This document shows, piece after piece, positions 1 to 11,753 of a DNA stretch of 64,000 nucleotides; the stretch's first letter is position 1, and every line of letters begins with the position of its first letter. The translations under genes were made by a program, and so were the position numbers. The DNA is from Geosiphon pyriformis uo1. Lineage: Eukaryota > Fungi > Glomeromycota. The notes beneath the pieces were generated by a model. The model did not search any database. It saw only the letters and a program-made list of their open reading frames with translations, and had not been told where the DNA came from. Location: assembly GCA_016748015.1 (NCBI GenBank), contig JAAOMT010000516.1, positions 79,068-143,067 on the forward strand. Direction: 5' to 3'.

Positions 1-623
1 CTAGTTTCAGATGAGTTTAATGACAATGATAATGAATTTGATGATAACTGTAATAAAATATATCATATATTATACAAATAACTTTTTTGTATTTAGATGC
101 ATGTGTAACCGATTATCTAACCAATCTAAGACAAAAATTGAAGCTCAGTTAAGTTCATTTGTTTAACCAATTCTAAGGCCTCCTGCCAAATAAGACCAGT
201 TTACAAATCTGCATTTGAAATTGAATCTCATAAAGAATACATATTCCAGTTATAGGGTACATATTAATAAGATATATTCCAATTTTTTTTTAATCCACTT
301 TTTTTTTTGTAGAGTGCCTTTTATGACATAGTTGAATACTACATTTCACCCAAAATAAAGTACAAGCATCTTCTATCATTTACAAGTTTAAAAAAACCAA
401 TCTCTGTTTTTTGGCTTGTATTGATAATTAGGTCTTGGTGTATCTTATGTGACATAAAATAAACATTATTTGTATGTATACTATTTGATCACATGAATTT
501 TTTTGATGTTTATTAATTCATATTATCTTAAAGGATAACATTTGCCATCATCAACAAGATAAAGATAAAGGTAATAAAGAGAGATAAGTTGTTATATGAT
601 TATTTATTCTATATAATAATAAA

Positions 624-1314
624 ATGGCTATGCAAAATTATTTTGTATTTTTAGATTCAAAAAAAACTTTGGTTGTTAGAAAAAAAAAAGTGATTCTTAA
701 TGAACAAATGTCTGACAAGAATGATAAGCTTGATAATTTTCTACTACCAATGAACACTAATAAGATAATTTCTGATAAACAGGTGTTTGATAGAAATGAT
801 GATGATTTTCTATCAAATAACGATGAATGAATTAATATTGAAGAAGATGAAAGTGATACTTTTTTACTGGCCAAGACTCCTTCAAAGAACAAGAAAAAAG
901 GAGTTGCAAAAGAAATGACTATTCTGCTGGCCAAGACTCCTCTAAAGAAAATAAAAAAAGAAGAAACTAATTTGCTGCCAAAGACTCTTCCAAATAACAA
1001 AGAAACAGAAAATACTTTACCGGCCAAGACTCCTCCAAATGATAAGGAAACAGAAGAAACTAATTTGTCATATGTTAATTAATGATTTTTGTTTTATTTG
1101 GGTATTAAGATCTTGTTACTCAGACTCTATTTTGGATCGGACAATTTTGGACATGATCATTGTCCCGATTTTGGATGATGACTTGGCTATTACAACTAGT
1201 GGTCGTAGATCAACTCGCAACAGAAATTCCGAAGAAAAGCGAGAGGAAAAACACTCAAGTTCAGAAAAACCACTAAAAGTTGTTAAAAAGCACCATTATA
1301 ATAAAGGTAAATAA
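624..1314 (+). pseudogene. Interrupted low-complexity ORF with four degenerate (L/P)AKTP repeats
   Basis: ORF 624-830 reads through an in-frame TGA (828-830) into INIEEDESDTFLLAKTPSKNKKK..LLAKTPLKK..LLPKTLPNNKE..LPAKTPPNDKE, ending at a TAA near 1082. A possible further exon lies at about 1124-1307. No family recognised. Confidence 0.35.
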
Positions 1315-1612
1315 TACATGAATCTAACTTTTGAAATGACCTTGTATATTTCTCATTATATATTTATCAATTACAGGTTAATTAACATTTGTTGGACAAA
1401 TTGTGGCCATATTTAGATTATATTTGTACATATTATAAATAATATTTAAATAATATTTGTATGAATTGTAGATAATGTTTGTACAAATTGTAGACATTTT
1501 AATCTAATTTAAGGGCTCATTTTTCTCTACATTTCGTGTATATTTTACGATTGTTTATTGTATAAATTATGAACATCTGGTGAATATTTAATATGAACAT
1601 TTATTGAACCTT

Positions 1613-2085
1613 TTATGGACAACTTTTTTTACTGGGTCTCTTAGCCTTTGAAGAGTTTGTTTGGAAGTCCAAGAGAGCTTTACTTTTACTACTTGCTTTA
1701 AATCCATTGTCAACCACCACAGGCCTCTTTATCTCTTCCTCAGAATCAGTCTTCATGTTTTCAAACCTGTTAGCATCAGCCAAACTACCACCAAAAGAAG
1801 ACTTGTTCAAAATAAAAACCGCTTGATTACTGGAGTTCTTGATATTTCCATTCATATTCCTTATCTTTTGCGTAAAGACACTACCAACAGGGCCATGGAT
1901 GGCTCCTTTCACTGAATTTTTCATCATCATATTACCGCTAGTATCAGCCGCCAGCTCCAACACAAAGGGGTTTGTTTCTTTTGAAATAATGAAAGATATA
2001 ACAGAAAAAACAAAAACTTCTTTTCAAAAAATTAATTCTCTTTGGGGAATTTGGGACGTAGGAGAAAAAGAAATTTTTTTAACTT
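1613..2085 (-). mobile_element. 5' fragment (5' UTR plus ORF1 N-terminus) of the LINE family that is full-length at 51585-58350
   Basis: The minus-strand leader gttaaaaaaatttctttttctcctacgtcccaaattccccaaagag aligns with gttaaaaaaaaacttttttttttatgtctaaaattctccaaaaag at 51586. Peptide KGAIHGPVGSVFTQK..GNIKNS..SSKAKR aligns with KKVLYSSVGSIFS*K..NNIKHF..TSKAKR at 51765-52000. Confidence 0.7.
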
Positions 2086-3825
2086 AATATTGTTTTTAAA
2101 AACTTTATCTCTCTGTTTTAATATATGAAATAATAAACTAAAATAAAACGTTTCAATATTATTTTAACTTGGTCTTAGTATAATTTTTCTTATTTTCAAT
2201 TTACAAAATTAATAATTAATCTATTGAATAAATTAAGAAATTATTTAATTGCAAATTATCTTACATATTTTTAATAAATTTTATTCTGTTTTCTTATAAT
2301 TAAACAAATTATCAAAATTATGTACAGGATTTAATCTTTTTAAACATATGCTTTAAAAAACAAAGCACTGTATCGAGCGATTTTTCTATCTACAACTTAT
2401 AAATACTCCTTTTCAAAGTTTATTCTATAGTAAATAACTTGAAAAATATGAAAAAACGTAAAAGCATTTAAAAGTAGCCATTTATGTTCAACTTCTTTCA
2501 TCAAAAACCTTTATCCAAGAGGATTGAAAATTTATAAACAATTAGATGTTTTTTTGTTAATGATATTGGTTTAATACAAGTAGGGAACCATTTAATAATG
2601 CGCAATTTTTTCCCGGCAGAGACACCCTTTTTCTTGAGTGTATCTACCTTTTAATGTTCCTTTTTACTAAAATCTTTCAAGTTGTTATTTAATTAAATAG
2701 TAAATGAAAAATTTTTTTTTGTTATTTTAAGATGGTGTTTATTTGCTTTCATTTATGCATATCGTCATATTTACCAAATAAATAAAAACAAATATGATGT
2801 TTATCTTATGGAGATTCGAGTTTAATCTAAAATCCTATTTCTTTAACTCTGTATTCAAAACAACAAAAATTAAAATACAGTGTATCCCAACTATAGTACA
2901 AATTCTAATTTTTTCATATTTAGCCAAGCTTATTTGAGAAGTTCATTTAGGCTACTATTATTAAGATTCATGTTTTTATTAATAATCAAAAATTTTCCCA
3001 AAAAATTTATAGAGCTTTGAACTTTTTTATTTGTGAAGACTTTGTATAATTATCGCGTAAATATAATTGATTTATTTCCAAAAATAAATAAACAACTTTT
3101 TGTTTTATTCTTTTTCAGATTACTTTTTGTACAGTTTTATGAAATAAAAATTTAAATTATTGAAATGAATAATAATGAATTTAAACCTTCAGATATCAAA
3201 TAATAAAAGTGAAGGTTTCAAAATAAGTGTAAGTTTAAAAATTTGATTAATTCATATTCATTGATTTAGATAATAATAAAAGTGATTGCATGGCCAATTA
3301 ATTTAATTTAGAAATAATATTGTTAATGGTAGTTCTAATTGAATTAACCGAACAATGGTTACCTCAATACCAAGGCATCATCATCATAATATTAAATATT
3401 ACTAAAGATCCAATCTTTTTTCATAAATATGTTTTTTTAAAGGCTATTATGATATGGTATATTGTAAATAAAAAAATAGAAATTGACAGCTAACTCCTAA
3501 AGCTCTTTTATTAAATTATATCTTGTTAATTTATAGGATTTTTGAGACCAAAGGGTTCATCTTGGGTAGTAATAAATATAACTAAAATTTAAAAAAAACC
3601 GAAAATTCGGCTATTTAAATATTTCATGCTTTTCAAATATAGGCCTTGATCTCTTTGGCAAAATATTTGAGGGGACTAAAAATAATGGTGGGAATTTTAA
3701 AGACTCAGAATTAATTGATCAATTGATAAACTGCGGATTAACACCTCTGGATAAGTATCAGACCACGTGTGAATACCTTACATAAGGAAAAAAAATTCAT
3801 TCCCAAGATATATCAAAAGCTACTA

Positions 3826-5350
3826 ATGTCATCCGAACAACACTTTAACGCTTTATCCAATGATTTCGGGGATCTATTTGACTGTCAAAAGTTCTCTGAT
3901 GTTAGAATTATAGTTGACGAAGCACCTAATATCAGAAATTTTCATGCTCATTCTCAAATTTTAGCAGCAAGATCACCATATTTTGCTGTAGCGCTCTCTA
4001 GTAATTGGGTTAAAAGGGAAAATAATACCATTATATTCACTAATCCTAATATTTCACCTAAAATTTTTGAAATAACTCTCAGGTAAGGGATATGTTTGCT
4101 TCAAAGTATTTTGGCCGACATAAATTTAAATATTTTTATTTTCCTGCATAGATATATTTATTACGGCGAGATTTCCCTTAACGAAGATGGAGCACCTATT
4201 ATTTTAGAATTACTTATCGCCGCTGACGAGCTTATCCTAGAAAATATTATTGATCCTCTTGAAGACTATTTGATTGGACATCATTTAAAAGAGCTACAAG
4301 AAAATTTCGTCACTTGGCAGAAAACTTCATTTATGCATGATTCTTTCAAAAATTTACAGATTTTATGCACAGTAATAATGGCCAACAATCCAGCTATAGC
4401 CTTCAACTCGCAAGATTTTACCTCTCTTAGTTGAAAATGCTCTTTCTCAATTTTAACCCGGGATAATCTAAATATAGAAGAATCGAGGATATGGGAAAAG
4501 ATCGTGGAGTGGGGAGTTGCTAAATTGGATGACAATATTCAGACGAAAAAAGTTCTTGACTGGACGGATGAAAACTTTAACGCCTTTAAGGAATCCATTT
4601 TAAGACTACTACCTTTAATCCGCTTCTTTAACATATCTTCAGTTGACTATTATTACAAAGTAATACCATTTGCAAGAATCTTACCTGGAACTTTATATGA
4701 AGATCTTTTACATTATTATCTCGTATTGGGTAGTCATCAAGAGTCTGTAGACGCTCAGCCATTACGATCAAATTATCATTCAAAGCTTCTTCAATCGCAT
4801 AATATAAAACAGCTTGATCATTGGATTCAAGGCAAAGACGAAAATACTCCTTTTGAAGATCAACTTGGAAATGATTTTAAATTGTTACTTCGAGGCAGTC
4901 GAAACGGATTCACTCCAGCCGATTTTCATCGATTATGTGATAATAAAGGAGCAACAGTAAGCGTGATCAAAGTGAAAGGAACTGGTCATTTAATTGGCGG
5001 CTATAACCCACAATCCTGGCACTCTCGGGGTGGAAGATCAGATGGAGAAGGAAGTTTTATTTTTTCCCTTGGAGACGGCAAAGCTAAAAATGCTAAAATT
5101 TAGTAAATTTCTTCATGGATGTGGACCTTATGGTGGATCAAGACCTAATTTTGGAGAGAACAGGATTCGATTGTATGTAAGTCTTCTATTTTGTGGCAAT
5201 GATTTTAGAAAAAAGCCAGGGTGCTCTTGTCAAAATACAAGAGATTATGAGCATGCTATAATGTCTGGATCAGAAAATCAATGGATAAATTTCTTTGTTG
5301 AGGAGTATGAAGTTTTTCAAATCATAAAAAATAAATTCGCTTTTATTTAA
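3826..5350 (+). pseudogene. BTB/POZ-BACK-TLDc domain protein, frameshifted (pseudogene or homopolymer assembly errors)
   Basis: ATG 3826; GT-AG intron 4083-4151. BTB motifs SDVRIIV..FHAHSQILAARSPYF..ITLRYIYYG; BACK ILTRDNLNIEESRIWEKIVEWG..LLPLIRF; TLDc FKLLLRGSRNGFTPADFHRLCDNKGATV..IGGYNP..SFIFS..VEEYEVFQI. Apparent indels near 4432/4445 (giving a TGA) and at 5101. Confidence 0.85.
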
Positions 5351-6318
5351 TTTGATTATACATTTTCTGAAGGTCATGCTACCTATCTTGAAAATCTTTA
5401 GTGGCAGAATATTCTACAGCCTATTATTATAAGCCCCATAATAAAGTTAAAAGAATAACTTTTAAATATCAAAAAACTTTAGAATTAACTTTTTTTGAAG
5501 AAATTTGATTTAAGTTCGACTTATAATTTATACCATTTTTAAAAGCAAGAGCATGGATAATATGTTAGATTATGAAAATCATAATATGCATACAGAAATA
5601 GATGTCATCGTTAAAGGCTTGTTGTCATTTTATTAAGGGTTTGTCAAACACAATTAAAATGGTAAATTATTCACATCCAAGATTTTCATTATTATTTATT
5701 TAAGAGGTGAATTATTCAATTAACCAGAAGCCATAACTATAAAAAAAGACTGTCGTTCTTTCGATAACAAAAGTGGGATTTTGAGGATTGGAAAGCTACC
5801 AAAAGTTATTAAATCGTTCAGCTCCAATAAATTAATCTATCTTTAATAAATTGCCAAGATTTAATGAACAGATGAACGAATGCAAGTGGTGAAATATTTT
5901 GTCACCCAGGTTAGACGTGTAATGCAGAACAAAGAAATAACTCTTGTTGATATACATGATTTTGGTATTGGGAAGTAATTTTAATATCTTCTTTAGTGAT
6001 TTTATAGAGAACAGGTTAAACTTTTGTGGTTAATCTCCCGACTCACATTTTTATCTTCAATCATTTTAATTTTTAATTTTTTTTTTTCAGGTGTTATGAT
6101 GACTTTTGAGAACCACTGTACTTCTTGAGTTTTTAATAACAAATTATTCTATTAAGACTACTAAAATTTTAAGGTTGCAAACTATATTGAAATGATTCTT
6201 ATTATTATAGTTATAATTAATATTTCAATTGATGTTAAGTAAATGGAAAACTCGAATAAACCTAAAATTGACGTCTTTTTTATTATACATGAATTTTACC
6301 TAAACTAAAGTGGAATAT

Positions 6319-8802
6319 TTATAAAAGGCTATCATCACTGACATCACCCACTTCTTGACCGATATTGTTTAACCCAGTGGAATCATCGAGAGAACTCGCT
6401 TGTTCAAACACATTACCATTTGACTGGTTAGGATCATTTAACTGAGTGGGATCATTGAGAGAACTCGCTTGTTCAAACATATTATCGTTTAACTGGGTAG
6501 CATCGCTGACATCACTCGCTTGTTGAACTGTACTACCGTCTAACTGAGTGGGGTCATTGAGTGAACTCGCTTGTTCAAACATATTATCGTTTAACTGGGT
6601 AGCATCGCTGACATCACTTGCTTGTTGAACTGTACTATCGTCTAAATTAGTGGGGTCATTGAGAGAACTCGCTTGTTCAAACATATTATCGTTTAACTGG
6701 GTAGTATCACTGAAATCACTCGCTTCTTGAACCATACTATCGTTATTTGAATCATCGGTAACATCAGCTGAAGCGATTTGTGGGGAATTGTTACTGGCAT
6801 TCGCAGTTTGTTTACACTTTGATTTGTTGATTGGCATATCCATCCATTTATTATTATCCAAATTCTTGGTTCCAAGCGCCTCTTTATCTCTAGCACTACA
6901 GTTCTACACAATGCAATTAATAAATTTTCAGAATAATCGTATTGTTCAAAGATTTTTATGACTAATCAAGAATTTATAGAACAAAACATACGGGATTTAC
7001 TGTGGGAAGACCCTTTTGACCTGGAGGGGGCCAGGAACACCGGTAAAGCTGTTTACCACCACCCATATCCAACTTATTAAACCCGTTAGCTTTTTCTCCA
7101 TTAAAATATTCTTCAAGAATAGGCACATATCCATGTTCAGGTCCGGGAGATTGAGTTATACGAAAGTTTGGTTTGGTGAAACGAAATATTTTGCCCGGAA
7201 ACAGCAAACTGACCAGTGTAGAACCATGCCAGTTAAGGAAATTTGGCGATCCGAACATGTATACAGCATGGATAACCTCTGGTCCAAAGATTTTGATGAA
7301 TTCCATAGCTGCTAAAGCAGCATAAACTAGATTTACCGATGTAAAAGAATTAGAGACCATGAAAATAAAAAATCGAAGATGGAGAATATTTGCAAATCTT
7401 TCTAAATTTTTACCCACCACCAGCTTTTCCACTTCCGATAAATGTAAATAATGGTGAACCTACAGTACTTTGTACCATACATTTTGCCGAGGCGGCTACT
7501 TTTGGCAAGAAACCTCGAAGTTCGTCTGACCACCCGGCATCAACTTTAGCATTTGGTAAACTTGCAGCTATCTGGTCACCTTGAGGATAGCTTTTCCCAA
7601 AGTTCGGCCTGAGAGGCACTAGATCATTACGCCTTCCATTCCAATCAGGTTCCTTTGACGAAAAATCGACGGTAAAATCTCGATCTCCTGTTTTCCGAAC
7701 TCTTGCTTTAAAATTTCATAGAAAATTTTTGGTCACAATCAGTAAATTACATTAGCAGAGCAGATGAGTATCAGAGAAAAAATAGAGTTATAAATTTTCA
7801 ATTTTTACCAGCATTTCCATTTTTATGATTCAAACATTGATTATTAGGAGGAATACATTGAGATTCTTCTAATTCATAAGCGACTTGAATAAATTTTTTA
7901 ATATCATTATCATTATTATTTATTAAGAGCATTCCATCCTTGTCTGTTCCAGCTGGAGGAGTTGCATAAGGATTTAGTGGCATATCACCCGGTGGATCAG
8001 ATAGCTTGCCACCACCTATAGATGGCAGAAAAGGGATACCTGGGGCTACTTTTTGGATTAATGGAGCGGCTTCTTCTATTACTAATGGAACGGCTTCTAG
8101 TATTGGCTCCAAAAAAGCCACTTTTTGTTCAGGTTTTGAGTCGGCCAGTTGGTTTGAAGAAGTGGTTGGTTCATCGGTAGCAATATTTGAGGTATCAATA
8201 GAGGAAAGTTTAGCATTTTCTTGGTTACCCGATTGGAGAGTGGAGAAATTGTCAGCTATATTAGAATTACTACTAAGATTGTCTAAACTGATTGATTCTG
8301 GGTTTTCTTGGCCACCCGATGGGATAGTGGAGAAATTGTCAGCTATATCAGAATTACTACTAAGATTGTCTAAACTGATTGGTTCTGGGTTTTCTTGGCC
8401 ACCTGATGGGATAGTGGAGAAATTGTCAGCTATATTAGAATTACTACTAAGATTGTCTAAACTGATTGGTTCTGGGTTTTCTTGGCCACCTGATGGGATA
8501 GTGGAGAAATTGTCAGCTATATCAGAATTACTACTAAGATTGTCTAAACTGGTTGATTCTGAGTTAAATGAATTGTTCAAGCTATCTGTTTCTGGAATAG
8601 GATTTCTCTTTATAATAATAATATTATTCTTCTTGTTTAACGGTGAAGCATGAGCAAAAAAACTCATGCATAATGTCAACAAAATTATTATTGCCAAAAT
8701 TTTTGATAAAATATCCCGCAAGGAGAATTTATTTAAAGGTGATTTGTTAGTTGTTGCTATTGATTTTCTATTTAGTGACTCAGATTGATCGGATGGACAC
8801 AT
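6319..8802 (-). CDS. Secreted Lipase_3-fold pseudoenzyme A with acidic tandem repeats at both ends (about 733 aa)
   Basis: Exons 8802-7809, 7705-7418, 7326-6992, 6903-6319; GT-AG introns in phases 1,1,0; frame consistent. Hydrophobic ILAIIILLTLCMSFFAHA then KR. Core motifs VDAGW, FTFIGSGKAG|VYAALAA, VYMFGSP. Same intron layout as the other three paralogs. Confidence 0.75.
6380..6745 (-). repeat. Coding tandem repeat, 51-bp (17-aa) unit arranged as a 102-bp higher-order repeat
   Basis: Alternating VQQASDVSDATQLNDNM / FEQASSLNDPTQLDGST in exon 4 of pseudo-lipase A. Confidence 0.9.
8210..8551 (-). repeat. Coding tandem repeat, 87-bp (29-aa) unit, about 4 copies
   Basis: SLDNLSSNS(D/N)IADNFSTIPSGGQENPE(P/S)I; gtctaaactg recurs at 8281, 8368, 8455 and 8542. 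Confidence 0.95.
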
Positions 8803-10519
8803 TTTTAGGTATAAAAATTTATGATGATGAAAATCGAAACTTTTCCCAGCGTGTGTGTGAGCCCATTTGTATGCCTTTTATAAAATATTCGACATTCTCC
8901 CTCATTAATACTTTTTTAATGTATGATCGATTTCCGTTTTGTCAACGCTATTTTAAGAATTTTCGGATATAAAATAAATAATAGAATAGTTTACTTTTAA
9001 TTTTAACTAGATTGTTAAAAAATTCAATAAAATCCCTTTAACTTTGACCGAATCTCAAAGAAAAATATATATACAAATTGGAAAAAATTCAAAATTCTTT
9101 ATGTCTGAAAAAGTAGATATTCGGAAAAATTGAAAATTATCGCTTATCACGGAAAATTGTGACGATGATGAATTTTGAAGTTCGGCAAAAAGGTTTTTAT
9201 CTATTTCTTTGAAAATTGTCCGTTTTTTTCAGAATAAAATTATTATTATATAATGATTGAAAGTAGAATTTCACATGGACGCTTTCAAATTTCGGAAGGA
9301 ACTCATATTTAACTAAGATTGATCCATTAATAAAAAAGGGAAAACTAAAATTTTCCAAGATTTGTTTTACATAATTTAAAAATTAATAGATATAGTTGTC
9401 AAAAAGTCTTTGAATGAATATGTCTTTCCGTTCGGAAAAAGTTGAAGTGAAAATGGGTTCCAAGAAATCTTTGAAAGAATACGTTTCTAAATCTTGGCAA
9501 GATAAAAAGTTCCCAGATGAAATAAATCACACTTCATAAAATAGATTAATCTTTCATGCCTTTATTTAGGAATTATTTTTGAAAATCATAGTTTTCCAGT
9601 AGAAAGTGAAAAAATTTGACCAAATAATTATTTCAACTTTACTTGTTGGTTATAAGAACGTGCCTGTAAATTAAGTACTTTTATACTCATATAAATTCCA
9701 ATAATATCTTTTAAAAATTTTAAAAGTTTTGTGAAATTAATTCTTAAAGAAGCTTTAAATTTATTAATTTAAAAATTATTTCTTAATAAAAGTACACAAA
9801 ATCTTTAAAAGAAATTTGAATATTCATATTTTTTTTTTTAGCTAATTTTTTTTACAAATAATTTATAGTAAAAATGTTTTGAAAAATATTTCTTTTCTCT
9901 TGATAGCTTAAATTCATTAATTTAAAATAATTTTTAGAAAAAAAATCTTTTCTATTTGTTGAATTAATAAAGTTTAGCATTTTTAGCATTTTATTTTATT
10001 TTATAAATAAGACAATTTAATTAAATTAATATTTGAATATTTACTAAAGGTACTTTTAAATATTTTTAGTTTTAATTAATTTTTATGTAATTGAAATTAT
10101 TTTTTTTAAAAAAATAGATAACAAACTTGAAATCTTTTACAAAGACTTATTTGATTGACTTTAAATAATTCAAATATTTAAGCTAACTCATAAAATTTAT
10201 ATGACCTGAAATTAACAATTTTTTTTAATTTTTGATATCTTGTTTAAATTTTTTTTCTTTGGTTATGATAGCTATTGAGAGTCTAATTGCAATACAAAAT
10301 ATTTGGTTTTTAAGACAGAAAGAAAAGAAAAGAAAAGAAAAGAAAAGGAAAGGAATAATTACCTTAATGGTAGTGACAATGTTCTTTGAAATAAAAACGA
10401 CATTTCAAACCCTTTTAACTTTTAATTAAAATTTAGCAACACATTTAACAGCAACAGCTAATTTTCACGTAAAAAAGATTTCTTTGTAGAAAATCTTTAT
10501 CAAGGATGTTTTATCCATC

Positions 10520-10690
10520 CTGAAAATACCTAGAGAAACCAAAGACTTGTAATATAATTTGAATTTGAAATTAATTAACTGCGCTTTTCTCTCATCAAAG
10601 TACTTAAAATGGGTTTTTAGGTAAAAAAATGATTTTCACACGGGTAACATTCTTCCTGACAATTACCAATTTTGGCTTATCATTTACAAT
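10520..10690 (+). pseudogene. Degraded protein kinase (TKL-type) fragment
   Basis: 10631-10654 encodes DFHTGNIL (catalytic loop of the HRDxHxGNIL type). After a frameshift comes ITNFGLS (DFG loop). An ETKD..LR remnant lies upstream. Confidence 0.45.
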
Positions 10691-11472
10691 TATTTGGTAT
10701 CTTGACAAATATCGTATCACAGTTTATCCTTATAAGATTGTGAATAAAATTGGTTCCTAGTCTTGAAAACAAATTTATATAGAGGTGATGATAAGCAAAT
10801 TAATTAATTAGAGTCAAAGTGAGAAATTGATAGGAAAGAAAGTTATAGATATTAAGATGAAATTTTTCAGTTGATTTTGACAAATCACCAAATACAACCA
10901 ATCCCAATATAGTTGCTTAGCTATCTGTGGTTAGCTGGAATTACCCGATATTTTGAAAAATATTCTTCACTTAATGCCGAACGTAATTGACCTGGAGTTT
11001 GTGATGATTTTTATGTAGTTGAATTTTAAAAGATTGGATTGATCAAAGTTCTCTAAATTTTTTTTCAAAAAAAAAACCAGTGTAATAACTAAGGGTTTAT
11101 GTTGAAATGTTAGATTGGTTCTTTTAAGTCAATATTTATTTTTCTTATTTGGAAAAAGAAATAAATAGTAAATAGTCAATAGAATCAATAATTATAACAA
11201 AGACTGAAAAGAGAACGCATAGGTAGGTAGGTATAGGATATTAGTCACATTTAGAAGGATCAAAGCTATCTGAGATAGGGATCAGTACTTCTTAGCTACT
11301 AAGTAGGTAGGTAGGTAGGTAGGTAGTTTAACTAAAAATTTATATTTTAACTTTTTGCTAAAAGATCATTAGATAATTTCGAATTATTAAATACCAAAAT
11401 AAAATTCAAGGTTTATATTTTTCCTTATTTCTTAAGCGAAAATTTCAATTTTTTTCTTCAATATTAATGTGG

Positions 11473-11473
<1 letters not shown>

Positions 11474-11513
<40 letters not shown>
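11474..11513 (+). repeat. (GAT)n microsatellite
   Basis: Perfect GAT run. Confidence 0.9.
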
Positions 11514-11753
11514 GTAAAGCCAAAAACTAAAAACGAAAATTAGAAATTAATTTAATTATGATCCATAAATATTTACAAAATTATGGGTTTTTAAATAGGT
11601 AAAGATGTTTTTGGTGAGTCAATAAATTTTTTAGGTGAGAAACTGTTTTTTCCCTTTTTCTTTTTGGGCTAATCTCTGAAAATAGTTAAAAAAATTAAAA
11701 TTCAAAAATCAAACTAAAAAGACGAGAAACTTATTTTTCATTAAAACGAAATT

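Noticed and set aside
638-1027. 129-aa minus-strand ORF
   Set aside because: Antisense to the more protein-like AKTP repeat frame.
2360-2900. TACAGTG motifs as transposon ends
   Set aside because: The two motifs face outward and no matching partner or transposase was found.
7431-7433. Ser in GSGKAG as a possible nucleophile or P-loop
   Set aside because: Alignment via the conserved intron and the downstream VYA puts this Ser at the His position, one residue before the elbow. The Asp and His are also missing, and there is no GK[ST] Walker A.
8006-8653. 215-aa plus-strand ORF with repeats
   Set aside because: Antisense shadow of the 87-bp repeat exon of pseudo-lipase A.
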